DNA of 64,000 nt from an uncultured Acidobacteriota bacterium (GCA_963839295.1 CAWIUK010000002.1:186330-250329), one strand, 5' to 3'. Numbered from the stretch's first letter, positions 41,109-49,403 are shown. Made by a program: numbers and translations. The notes: generated by a model from the sequence alone, not told the origin.

Positions 41109-41774
41109 ATGCACGCCAACGACGTCCTCAGCCCTCACGCCACCAAGGCCATCGAGTACCTGCTCGCGGTCTCGTACCTCCTGCTCTTCATCCCCTTCTG
41201 GCGCTTCGTGAACGGCGCGTCGGTCGCGCAGGCCTTCGCGACGGGCTGGTTCCAGGTCCCGGAAAACGTCCACCTGCACCGCGGCCACTCCTGGGCGAAG
41301 ACGTTCGGCGGCGCGGTCGCGGTCGGCCTCGACGACTTCGCCCACAAGCTGATCGGCCCGCTCGACGCCGTCCAGCTCCCCGCGGTCGGCACGTCGCTCC
41401 GCCAGGGCCAGAAGGCCTTCACGGTCGTCGCCGACGGCAGGCCCTTCGACGTCGTCTCGCCCGTCGACGGGAACGTCGTCGCGGTGAACGAGGTCGTCCG
41501 CGCGCACCCCGCCGACGCGGTCCGCGACCCCTACGGCACGGGCTGGCTCCTGAAGGTCGAGCCCCGCTGGCTGACCGCGAACATCAAGAACCTCGTCTCG
41601 GGCGATGCCGCCCGCCGCTTCCTCGACGCGGCCGCCGAAGTCCTCGCGGGCCGTATGAGCCCCGAGCTCGGCGTCGTCCTCCAGGACGGCGGCACGCCGG
41701 TCCACGGGATCGCCCGCGAGATCGACCCGGAGCACTGGGACTCGCTCGTCCGCACGTCCCTCCGGGGCGAGTGA
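41109..41774 (+). CDS. Membrane-anchored GcvH-fold (barrel-sandwich) protein lacking the lipoyl-lysine
   Basis: N-terminal TM AIEYLLAVSYLLLFIPFWRFV. GHSWAK..VGLDDFAHKLIGP..LPAVG..VVSPVDGNVVAVN..DPYGTGWLLKV resembles GcvH. Confidence 0.7.
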   Translation: MHANDVLSPHATKAIEYLLAVSYLLLFIPFWRFVNGASVAQAFATGWFQVPENVHLHRGHSWAKTFGGAVAVGLDDFAHKLIGPLDAVQLPAVGTSLRQGQKAFTVVADGRPFDVVSPVDGNVVAVNEVVRAHPADAVRDPYGTGWLLKVEPRWLTANIKNLVSGDAARRFLDAAAEVLAGRMSPELGVVLQDGGTPVHGIAREIDPEHWDSLVRTSLRGE

Positions 41775-41784
41775 GGAGGACGCC

Positions 41785-42132
41785 ATGAACACCCTCCTCC
41801 GCTTCCTCGCGGCGACGCTCCTCCTCGCCCTTTCCACGACGCTCGACGCGGGGGCGCTGCCGAACCTCCCGAAGGACCTGGCGCTCCCGCAGGGCGACGG
41901 CAGCCCGGGCGTCGTCACCTTCCGCCACGACGCGCACGTCGACGCCTCGCGGCCCGACTGCACGACCTGCCACCCGAAACTCTTCCCCATCGTCAAACGC
42001 ACCGCCTCTTCGGCCGCCCCCGCCGCGATCCGCCACGCCGACATGGAAAAGGGCAAGAGCTGCGGCTCCTGCCACGACGGCAAGAGCGCCCACGGCCTCG
42101 ACGACTGCGGGACGTGCCACCAGGCCAAGTGA
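41785..42132 (+). CDS. Periplasmic triheme c-type cytochrome (c7/c3-like)
   Basis: Signal peptide plus CTTCH, CGSCH and CGTCH in a 115-aa protein. Confidence 0.85.
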   Translation: MNTLLRFLAATLLLALSTTLDAGALPNLPKDLALPQGDGSPGVVTFRHDAHVDASRPDCTTCHPKLFPIVKRTASSAAPAAIRHADMEKGKSCGSCHDGKSAHGLDDCGTCHQAK

Positions 42133-42141
42133 GGTGACGTC

Positions 42142-42840
42142 ATGACGCCTCTCGAATTCCTCCAGCTCGCCGGCATCTTCCTCGCGGGTCTCGTCGTCCG
42201 GATCCTCGCCTTCACCCTCGTGATCGCGGTCTGCACGCTCCCGATCATCGCCGCCTGGGCGCTCTGGCGAGCGTGGCAGATGATGCGCGACCGGCGCATC
42301 GGCCTCGTCGACATCGCGGGGCTCGAGTTCGCCGAGGCGCACCATTACGCGCCCGGCCACACGTGGCTCGCGCGGAAGAGCCGCGGCACGGTCCGCGTCG
42401 GCCTCGACGAGATCGCGGGCCGGCTCCTCCATGCGCCGACGAGCGTCTCGCTTCCGCGGCCGGGGACCGTCCTCGCCGCCGGCCTCCCCGCCGCCACCGT
42501 GAACTGCGGCGGCCGCTCGGCCACGCTCTCCGCCCCGGTGTCGGGCACCGTCGTCGCGATCAACCCCAGGGTCCTGCGGGACCCCGCGCTCCTCGAGGAG
42601 TCGCGCTACCGCAACGGCTGGCTCTTCTCGATGAAACCCGCGACGGCTTCGTTCCTCACGCTCCCGACCGGCGCCGCCGCGCGCTCCTGGTTCCAGGACG
42701 AGACGGCGCGCTTCTCGCACGCGCTCGAGACCGAGCTCGGCCTTCTTGCGGCCGACGGCGGCGAGCTCGTCGTCGAGGCGCCCGCGCTGCTGTCCGAGGA
42801 GAAGTGGCAGCGTCTCGTCTCGGAGTTCCTGAAGGGCTGA
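42142..42840 (+). CDS. Membrane-anchored GcvH-fold protein lacking the lipoyl-lysine (paralog 2)
   Basis: Hydrophobic N-terminus (residues about 6-43), then RAWQMMRDRR. GHTWLA..VGLDEIAGRLL..LPRPG..LSAPVSGTVVAIN..YRNGWLFSMKP. Confidence 0.7.
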   Translation: MTPLEFLQLAGIFLAGLVVRILAFTLVIAVCTLPIIAAWALWRAWQMMRDRRIGLVDIAGLEFAEAHHYAPGHTWLARKSRGTVRVGLDEIAGRLLHAPTSVSLPRPGTVLAAGLPAATVNCGGRSATLSAPVSGTVVAINPRVLRDPALLEESRYRNGWLFSMKPATASFLTLPTGAAARSWFQDETARFSHALETELGLLAADGGELVVEAPALLSEEKWQRLVSEFLKG

Positions 42841-42847
42841 GCCGGCG

Positions 42848-43306
42848 TCAGCGCTTGCCGAACAGCTTGTCGAAGGCCGAGCGCGCCCCGTCGGGCGTGT
42901 CGGCGGCCTTCGTGCCCGTGAGGTCCATGCTCACGACGGGCGCGTAGAGCGCGCAGTCGTTCGCCTTCGACTTCGCGGCGATCGGCGCGGGGATCTCCTG
43001 CCGGCACTGCCAGCGCGCGGCGCCGTCGAAGTGGCGGCACTGGCTGCAGGCATGGAGCGCGGCCCCGCACTTCCGGCAGACCGCGGCCGCCGTCACCTCG
43101 GGATCGTTCTTCTCGCCGCAGGCCTTGCAGCGGAAGACCTCGTCCCGGTGGCGGTCGGCGCCGCGGCCGCGGGGGGCGCCCTCGAGGCGCGCCGGGCGGT
43201 CGGAAAAGAACCCGCCGCCCCCGCCGCCCGAGCCTCCCGTGCCGCCGGTCCGGGCGCCGTCCTGATAGCCCTTCGAGCGGTACTTGCGATCCGACATCTG
43301 CTTCAT
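42848..43306 (-). CDS. Gly-rich, zinc-ribbon-like Cys-rich protein of unknown function
   Basis: Trimmed to ATG 43306 (or 43297): MKQMSDRKYRSKGYQD, a GGSGGGGGG tract, then CKACG..CRKCG..CSQC..C. Confidence 0.6.
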   Translation of the reverse strand: MKQMSDRKYRSKGYQDGARTGGTGGSGGGGGGFFSDRPARLEGAPRGRGADRHRDEVFRCKACGEKNDPEVTAAAVCRKCGAALHACSQCRHFDGAARWQCRQEIPAPIAAKSKANDCALYAPVVSMDLTGTKAADTPDGARSAFDKLFGKR

Positions 43307-43351
43307 TCTACGGTCCCGGGGCCGGGCCGTAGAATGCGCGCCAGGGACTGA

Positions 43352-43714
43352 ATGAGATTCCTTCTTCGAATCCTCGTGAACGCGGCCGCTCTGTGGGTCG
43401 CATCGCAGTTCCTGCCGGGGATCCACGCGGGCGGGCCCGGCTCGTTCCTCGCCGTTGCCGTCGTCTTCGGCATCGTGAACGCCTTCATTCGCCCGCTGCT
43501 CAAGCTCCTGAGCTGCCCGGTCATCCTCCTGACGCTCGGTCTCTTCACTCTCGTGATCAACGCGCTCATGCTCATGCTCACGGCATGGGCCTCCCGGCTG
43601 CTCGGAATCGACTTCACGGTCGACGCGTTCTGGCCGTCGGCCTTTCTCGGCGCGCTGATCGTCTCCATCGTCTCGACGGTCCTGTCCTGGTTCATCCCGG
43701 ACAAGGCCGCGTGA
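43352..43714 (+). CDS. Phage-holin-family-IV-like small membrane protein (YvlD/DUF360 type)
   Basis: MRFLLRILVNAAALWVASQFLPGI..FGIVNAFIRPLLKLLSCPVILLTLGLFTLVINALML. Confidence 0.8.
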   Translation: MRFLLRILVNAAALWVASQFLPGIHAGGPGSFLAVAVVFGIVNAFIRPLLKLLSCPVILLTLGLFTLVINALMLMLTAWASRLLGIDFTVDAFWPSAFLGALIVSIVSTVLSWFIPDKAA

Positions 43715-43743
43715 AGCACTTCCCTCAAAGGAGCTCTCCCCCC

Positions 43744-44586
43744 ATGCGTGTTCCGGTCTGCCTGATGGCTCTCGTCGTCCTCGCCGGCTGCGCGAAGCAG
43801 CCCGCCGCCCCCGCCGCGAAGCCCGCGGCTCCCGAGGCGGCCCCCGCGGCGTCCGCGTCCGGCGTCGTGCCCGCCGCGCCCGCGCCGCCGACCCTCACCG
43901 TCTCGGGCACCGTCCTCGAGACGATGGACGCGTCGGACTACACCTACATGCGCCTCAAGACCGCGACCGGCGAGACCTGGGCGGCCGTGAACAAGACGAA
44001 GATCAAGAAGGGCGACGCCGTCACGGTCACGAACGCGATGGTGATGGACGGGTTCCAGAGCAAGACGCTCAACCGCACGTTCGACCACATCCTGTTCGGC
44101 ATCCTGGCCGGACCCGGCGGCGCGTCGCCCGCCGCAGCCGGCGCCGCGGCGCTGCCGATGGTGTCCGACCACGCGCCCACGGCGGGGACGACCGGCGGAG
44201 AGACGCCGCAGCAGATGGCCGCGCAGCACGGCCAGGCCGCGGGAGGGCCCGCGGACGCGCCGGACGTGAAGGTCCCGAAGGCCGAAGGAGCGAACGCGAA
44301 GACGGTCGCCGAGCTCTTTGCGCAGCGCGCCACGCTCAAGGGCAAGGACGTCACCGTGAAGGCCAAGGTCGTGAAGGTCACGGCCGCCGTCATGGGCAAG
44401 AACTGGCTCCACGTGCGCGACGGCTCCGGCTCGAAGGCGACGAAGGACAACGACCTCACCGTGACGACCGACGCGACCGCGAAGGTGGGCGACGTCGTGA
44501 CCGTGACCGGCCTCGTCTCGGTCGACAAGGACTTCGGGGCCGGCTACGCGTACCCGGTCATCATCGAGAGCGCGAAGCTGAAGTAA
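43744..44586 (+). CDS. Lipoprotein with two OB-fold-like repeats
   Basis: From ATG 43744 (AAGGAG upstream). VVLAGC lipobox. Two repeats ending in GDAVTVTNAMV and GDVVTVTGLVS. Confidence 0.65.
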   Translation: MRVPVCLMALVVLAGCAKQPAAPAAKPAAPEAAPAASASGVVPAAPAPPTLTVSGTVLETMDASDYTYMRLKTATGETWAAVNKTKIKKGDAVTVTNAMVMDGFQSKTLNRTFDHILFGILAGPGGASPAAAGAAALPMVSDHAPTAGTTGGETPQQMAAQHGQAAGGPADAPDVKVPKAEGANAKTVAELFAQRATLKGKDVTVKAKVVKVTAAVMGKNWLHVRDGSGSKATKDNDLTVTTDATAKVGDVVTVTGLVSVDKDFGAGYAYPVIIESAKLK

Positions 44587-46873
44587 GGCCCGCGGCGAGG
44601 AACGCGAGGAGCGTCAGCAGGGAGACGAGAGCGCCGGCGCGAAGTCCGGGCGTGAGGTAGCGAAAGACGATCCGGTGCTCTCCGGCGCCGACGCGCACGG
44701 CGCGGAAGAGGCCGTCCGCGGTGAGGATCGTCGCCGGCCGCCCGTCGAGCTCGGCCGACCAGCCTCTCGCGTTCTCCTCGAGGAGGACGGCATACCCGCC
44801 GTTCGCCGAGCGGCACGTGACGACGACCTCCTCGGGCCGCGGCGAGGCTGCCGCGCACGGCTCGAGGGAGCCGGCCGACGCGAGGGGCTCGGCGCCGGCC
44901 CCGGAGACGACGATGCGCGCCGGGTCGCCTTCGCGCCCCGGCGTGGCGAGGGAGGCGAGGCCTTCGTCCTCCGATTCGGCCCGCGCGGCCCGCGGCGCAA
45001 CGAACGCGCGCGGCCTCACGGAACCGGTCCCGACGACGCCCCACCCGGCGAGCCGTGAGAGGACGGGAGAGCCCGGCGCGAAGCGCCCGGGCTCGGGCAG
45101 CATCGCGTAGTCGACTCCGGCGAAGCTCACGAAGGCCCGGAAAGACAGGCGCGGGACCGTCTCGTCCCAGAACCTGCGGGACCGGGCGCTGTCGCCCGTC
45201 TCGAACCCCGGCACGACGTCGAAGCCGAAGAGCGACGCCACGTTCGTGTCGAGAGCCTCGAGCGTGGCGGTTGCGATCTGGGCTCCGGTCTCGAGCGTCG
45301 GCCGGGCGAGGTTCTCGTGGTCGATGAAGATGCGCGGCCGCGGGGCGGTCCCGGCGCGCGGCGGGCGGGGCAGCGCCGCGAGAAGGCGAGGCGTGTGCGC
45401 GAGGAGGGCGCGGGGCGCGAGCGCCGTGAGGGCGCGGGCCGCGAAGACGAGCGGCAGCGCGACGGAGCAGAGCGCCAGCGCCCCCGCGACCCCGGCCGCC
45501 CGCCTCCCGACGAGAACGAGCGCGAGCGCGAAGAGCGCCGCACCCGCGGCCGCGACGCCGGCGCCCGCCGCGGACAGCGCGAGTCCTTCTCCCGCGTTGA
45601 GTCCCGCGGCGCCCCGGCCGAGCCGGGACGCGAGCGCCGCCTGCTCGTTCCGGAAGTGCCCGACGGCGGCGCCGCCGGCCGCCAGGAGAGCGGCGGAGAC
45701 GAGAGAGACCCGGATCAGCCCGCGCGCCGGGAGAGCGTTCTCGAAGACCCGCGAGAACCCGGCTCCGGCGGCGACGACCCAGATCAGGAGGGCGCCGAAG
45801 AAGAACTTCTCGGGGAAGTTGATCCACCGGAGAGGCGGGAGGAAAGCGCGCAGCGCCCCGTAGAGCGGCGTGTACGAGCCGAACGCGAAGAGGAGGAAGA
45901 CCAGCGAGCCCAGGAGCAGGCGGCGGATCCGCGGCGCGCGCGCGGCGGCGAGGGCGAGAGCGAGGACGGGAACGCCGAGAAAGAGGCTGAACGCGTAGCA
46001 CGGGTCTCCGGCCGGGAGGCCCAGGGCCGGCCCGACGAACCAGCTCTCGTTCCCCTCCGAGCCGAACGCGAGCGGCCAGACGCACTCGAGGAGCCGTCCC
46101 GGCGGCATCGACCATTTCAAGGGCCCGGCGGCGGGAGCCTGGGCGCGGGCGCTCCGGCCGAGGAGGAGAAGGGCCGGGAGGAGGCCGACGGCCGCGAGAG
46201 AGAGCCCTCCGGCCGCCGGCAGCAGAAGGCGCCTCAGGCCGGCGAGCGGACGCCCGGCGGTGAGGACGACCGCCAGCGTGACGAGGCCGGCGACGACGAC
46301 GAATCCCGGCTCGCCCGAGAGGAGCTGGAGCGCCACAGCGGCCGCGAACGCGGCGCCGGTCCACCGCCGCGCACCCGGCGGGCCGGGGCCGTCCGCGTGC
46401 ACGAGGCCGGCGAGAGCCAGCCAGGGGATCCACGTCACGTACGGAATCGCTCCGTTCGGGATTGCCGAGACGACGAAGCCGTTCGTGACGACGACGGCGC
46501 CGGAGAGGAAGGCGCCGGGCGGGCCCGCCCCGAGACGCCACGCGAGGGCGGCCGCCCCGAGCGAGAGGATCAGGAGCTGGACGAGCGTGAGGGCGTCGAA
46601 GGCCCACGGCGAGCGCGAGAGGGCGAGAAGCCAGGTGAGGGGCGACGTGACGCCGTGGACGGGATTCGCGGCGAGCGCGACGCCGAACCCGACGCCGTCG
46701 AACCACTCCGGAACGCGGCCGGCGGCGAAGGCGGCGGACAGGGCCGCGCGCGACGGGCGCGTGAAGCGCAGCGCGTCGCGCAGGACGAACGTCTCGCCGA
46801 GGAAGATCACACGGGCCCAGACCGCGGCGATCAACGCTGCGAGGCCGAGGGCGACGAGGGCCGGGCGCCGCAC
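44561..46873 (-). CDS. YfhO-family polytopic membrane protein (start likely GTG 46873 rather than 46972)
   Basis: Many TM helices and a C-terminal LFRAVRVGAGEHRIVFRY segment. Codons between 46972 and 46874 are rare types (AGG AGA TTA TCA CCA). Confidence 0.7.
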   Translation of the reverse strand: MRRPALVALGLAALIAAVWARVIFLGETFVLRDALRFTRPSRAALSAAFAAGRVPEWFDGVGFGVALAANPVHGVTSPLTWLLALSRSPWAFDALTLVQLLILSLGAAALAWRLGAGPPGAFLSGAVVVTNGFVVSAIPNGAIPYVTWIPWLALAGLVHADGPGPPGARRWTGAAFAAAVALQLLSGEPGFVVVAGLVTLAVVLTAGRPLAGLRRLLLPAAGGLSLAAVGLLPALLLLGRSARAQAPAAGPLKWSMPPGRLLECVWPLAFGSEGNESWFVGPALGLPAGDPCYAFSLFLGVPVLALALAAARAPRIRRLLLGSLVFLLFAFGSYTPLYGALRAFLPPLRWINFPEKFFFGALLIWVVAAGAGFSRVFENALPARGLIRVSLVSAALLAAGGAAVGHFRNEQAALASRLGRGAAGLNAGEGLALSAAGAGVAAAGAALFALALVLVGRRAAGVAGALALCSVALPLVFAARALTALAPRALLAHTPRLLAALPRPPRAGTAPRPRIFIDHENLARPTLETGAQIATATLEALDTNVASLFGFDVVPGFETGDSARSRRFWDETVPRLSFRAFVSFAGVDYAMLPEPGRFAPGSPVLSRLAGWGVVGTGSVRPRAFVAPRAARAESEDEGLASLATPGREGDPARIVVSGAGAEPLASAGSLEPCAAASPRPEEVVVTCRSANGGYAVLLEENARGWSAELDGRPATILTADGLFRAVRVGAGEHRIVFRYLTPGLRAGALVSLLTLLAFLAAGLTSASRSR

Positions 46874-46940
46874 CGCGGCAGGGTACCAGCGGCCGCCCGC
46901 GGCGCCCGCTCTTGACGGGCGGAGTAATCTCCTTGGGCTC

Positions 46941-47021
46941 GTGAACGCGCCCAACGCCTTCGCCTTCTTCACCGTCGCCGGGTATTTCTATACGCCGGCG
47001 AGGAGGGGCGCCGCCGCGTAG
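46941..47021 (+). promoter_or_regulatory. Candidate Phe/Tyr-rich leader peptide ORF (VNAPNAFAFFTVAGYFYTPARRGAAA)
   Basis: 26 codons, 6 of them aromatic, including TAT codons. Ends 28 nt upstream of a strong terminator and 87 nt upstream of the aromatic biosynthesis gene. The GTG start has poor SD spacing. Confidence 0.35.
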
Positions 47022-47048
47022 GCGACACCGACCCCGGGTGATTCCCGA

Positions 47049-47088
47049 GGCCCCCCTCCGAAACGACGGAGGGGGGCCTTTTTCTTTT
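47049..47088 (+). terminator. Rho-independent terminator/attenuator in the 5' leader of the aromatic biosynthesis gene
   Basis: GGCCCCCCTCCG-AAACGA-CGGAGGGGGGCC followed by TTTTTCTTTT. There is no upstream plus-strand gene to terminate. Confidence 0.7.
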
Positions 47089-47107
47089 GTCCCCAAGGAG
47101 GCTTCCC

Positions 47108-48997
47108 ATGGACGGATCGACCCCCGACAACGCTGTCCCCGACGTCCCGACGCCGCGCGCGGGCTACCAGGGCGAGCCGGGCTCGTTTTCCGCGCGCGCG
47201 GCCGCGCGCGCCGGCCGCCCGCTCGCGTACGCGACGTTCGACCGGCTCCTGCGGGCGCTCCTCGGAGGCGAGGTGGACGTCGCGGTCCTCCCCGCCGCGA
47301 CGCACGGCGCGGGCCCCGTCGTCGAGCCGCTGGAGGCGCTCGCCCGGGCCCTCGAGGCCGGCGCCGTCCCGCTCGAGGTGCGCGAGGAGATCGCCGTCCC
47401 GGTCCGCCTCGTCCTCGCGGCCCCTTCCGGCGTCGCCGAGGAGGACGTGAAGGAAATCCATTCCCAGCCGCCGGTCCTGCGGCAGTGCGCGCGCCTCCTC
47501 GCGCGCCTCGACGCCGTGCCCGTCGAGACGCACGACACGGCTTTCGCGGCCCGGCGCGTCGCCGAGCTCGGCGGAGCGCGCGCGGCCGTGTGCTCCGAGG
47601 AGGCCGCGCTGGAAGCCGGTCTCGTCGTCCTCGAGGAGGACGTGTCGGACGTGAAGCCGAACGCGACGCGCTTCTGGACGGTCGCGCGCCGCTCGGACGC
47701 CGAGCCGACCGTCCGGGCGCTCTTCTTCGGCGGCGCCCGCCTCGCCTCCGCGCTGCACGACGCGGGCGCCGAAATCCTGATGCTGGCGGGCCGTCCCGGC
47801 GCGGCGGTGGGCGGGTTCGCGACGGTCCCCGCCGCGGCGCTCGGGAAAGCCGCGGGCCTCGCGGCGAAGGCGGGCGAGACGCTCGTGTGGCTCGGCCCCG
47901 CGCCCGACCACGTGCCTCCGCCGCGCCTCAGGGACGCTCCGCGGGCGACGGAGGTCCGCGCGGCCACCGTGGTCACGGCGGGGACGTTCACGGTCGGAGG
48001 CGGACGGCGGGCGGTCATCGCGGGCCCGTGCGCGGTCGAGTCGCCGGAGCAGGTGATGCGTCTCGCGAAAGCCGTCGCGCGCGCCGGAGCGACCGCGCTC
48101 CGCGGAGGCGTCTTCAAGCCCCGCACGTCGCCGTCCGCGTTCCAGGGCCACGGCCTCGAAGCGCTCGGCTGGCTGAGGGACGCGGGCGACGCGGTGGGAC
48201 TGCCGATCGTCACGGAGGTCATGGCGCCCGCGCAGGTCGAGCCCGTCGCGCGCCTCGCGGACGTCCTCCAGATCGGCGCGCGCAACTGTCAGAACTACGA
48301 CCTCCTGAAGGAGGCCGGCGGCGCGGGGCGCCCCGTGATGCTGAAGCGCGGCTTCGGGACGACGGTCGAGGAGTGGCTCAGCGCCGCCGAGTACATCCTC
48401 GCCGCGGGCTGCCGCGACGTCCTCCTGTGCGAGCGCGGAATCCGGACGTTCGAGCGCGCGACGCGCGGCACGCTCGACCTCGGTGGTCTCCTCGCGGCGC
48501 GCTCCCTCACGCACCTGCCGCTCCTCGCGGACCCCTCGCACGCCGCGGGCCGGAAGGAACTCGTGCCGGGCCTCGCCCGCGCCGCGTGGGGCGCCGGCGT
48601 CGACGGCCTCATGATCGAGGTCCACGACGCGCCTGAGTCCGCGCTCTGCGACGGGCCGCAGGCGCTCCTGCCGGACGACCTCGAGATGCTTCTCGACGAG
48701 TTCGGCCTCCTGCCGGGGCGCACGGGCTCGGTCGAACGCGTGCGGCGCGCGATCGACTCCGTGGACTCCTCCATCGCCGCGCTCGCGGCCCGGAGGCTCG
48801 AGCTCTGCCGCCGCGTCGCGGAGGTCAAGAAGTCGACGGGGAGGCCCGTCCGCGACGAGGCGCGCGAGGCGACCGTGCGCGCGCGCTTCGCCGAGAGCCT
48901 CGGGAAGGACGCGACGAAGGCCGCGGGCCTCGCGGACGCGCTCATCGCCCTCGGTCTCGAGGCCGAGGGATGGGAGGGGGACGTCACTCCCCGATGA
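47108..48997 (+). CDS. Tri-domain fusion: prephenate dehydratase - DAHP synthase (type I-beta) - chorismate mutase (AroQ)
   Basis: ATG 47108 (AAGGAGG upstream). PDT domain [23 protein letters not shown] domain [30 protein letters not shown] domain [29 protein letters not shown]. Confidence 0.9.
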   Translation: MDGSTPDNAVPDVPTPRAGYQGEPGSFSARAAARAGRPLAYATFDRLLRALLGGEVDVAVLPAATHGAGPVVEPLEALARALEAGAVPLEVREEIAVPVRLVLAAPSGVAEEDVKEIHSQPPVLRQCARLLARLDAVPVETHDTAFAARRVAELGGARAAVCSEEAALEAGLVVLEEDVSDVKPNATRFWTVARRSDAEPTVRALFFGGARLASALHDAGAEILMLAGRPGAAVGGFATVPAAALGKAAGLAAKAGETLVWLGPAPDHVPPPRLRDAPRATEVRAATVVTAGTFTVGGGRRAVIAGPCAVESPEQVMRLAKAVARAGATALRGGVFKPRTSPSAFQGHGLEALGWLRDAGDAVGLPIVTEVMAPAQVEPVARLADVLQIGARNCQNYDLLKEAGGAGRPVMLKRGFGTTVEEWLSAAEYILAAGCRDVLLCERGIRTFERATRGTLDLGGLLAARSLTHLPLLADPSHAAGRKELVPGLARAAWGAGVDGLMIEVHDAPESALCDGPQALLPDDLEMLLDEFGLLPGRTGSVERVRRAIDSVDSSIAALAARRLELCRRVAEVKKSTGRPVRDEAREATVRARFAESLGKDATKAAGLADALIALGLEAEGWEGDVTPR

Positions 48998-49403
48998 TCT
49001 TGATCAGGACGCGCTTGGCCCTTCGGCCGTCCCACTCGCCGTAGAAGATCCGCTCCCACGTCCCGAAGTCGAGGCGGCCGTTCGTGATCGCGACGACCGC
49101 CTCGCGGCCCATGAGCTGGCGCTTGACGTGCGCGTCCGCGTTGTCCTCGCCCGTGTCGTTGTGCCGCCACGCGCGCACGGGCTCGTGCGGGACGAGCGCC
49201 TCGAAGAACCGCTCGTAGTCGGCGTGGAGGCCCCTCTCGTCGTCGTTCACGAAGACGGAGGCCGTGATGTGCATCGGGTTCACGAGGCAGAGCCCTTCCC
49301 TGACGCCGCTCTCCTTCACGGCCGCCTCGACCTCGGGCGTGATGTTCACGAAGCCGATGCGGGCGGGGACGTTCAGCGTGAGGACCTTCCGGTGGGACTT
49401 CAC
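48984..49403 (-). CDS. YjbQ/UPF0047-family protein (secondary thiamine-phosphate synthase type)
   Basis: From GTG 49403 (GTGA overlap with the kinase stop): [41 protein letters not shown]. Confidence 0.88.
   Translation of the reverse strand: MKSHRKVLTLNVPARIGFVNITPEVEAAVKESGVREGLCLVNPMHITASVFVNDDERGLHADYERFFEALVPHEPVRAWRHNDTGEDNADAHVKRQLMGREAVVAITNGRLDFGTWERIFYGEWDGRRAKRVLIKIIGE

Noticed and set aside
41109-42840. Annotating the two GcvH-like ORFs as glycine cleavage system H proteins
   Set aside because: Both are membrane-anchored and have Gly at the lipoyl-lysine position. They lie in a respiratory-type operon with no gcvT/gcvP genes.
43352-43714. Holin-family gene as evidence of a prophage or lysis cassette
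   Set aside because: No endolysin, spanin, capsid, tail or integrase genes are nearby. The YvlD/DUF360-type proteins are widespread chromosomal membrane proteins.
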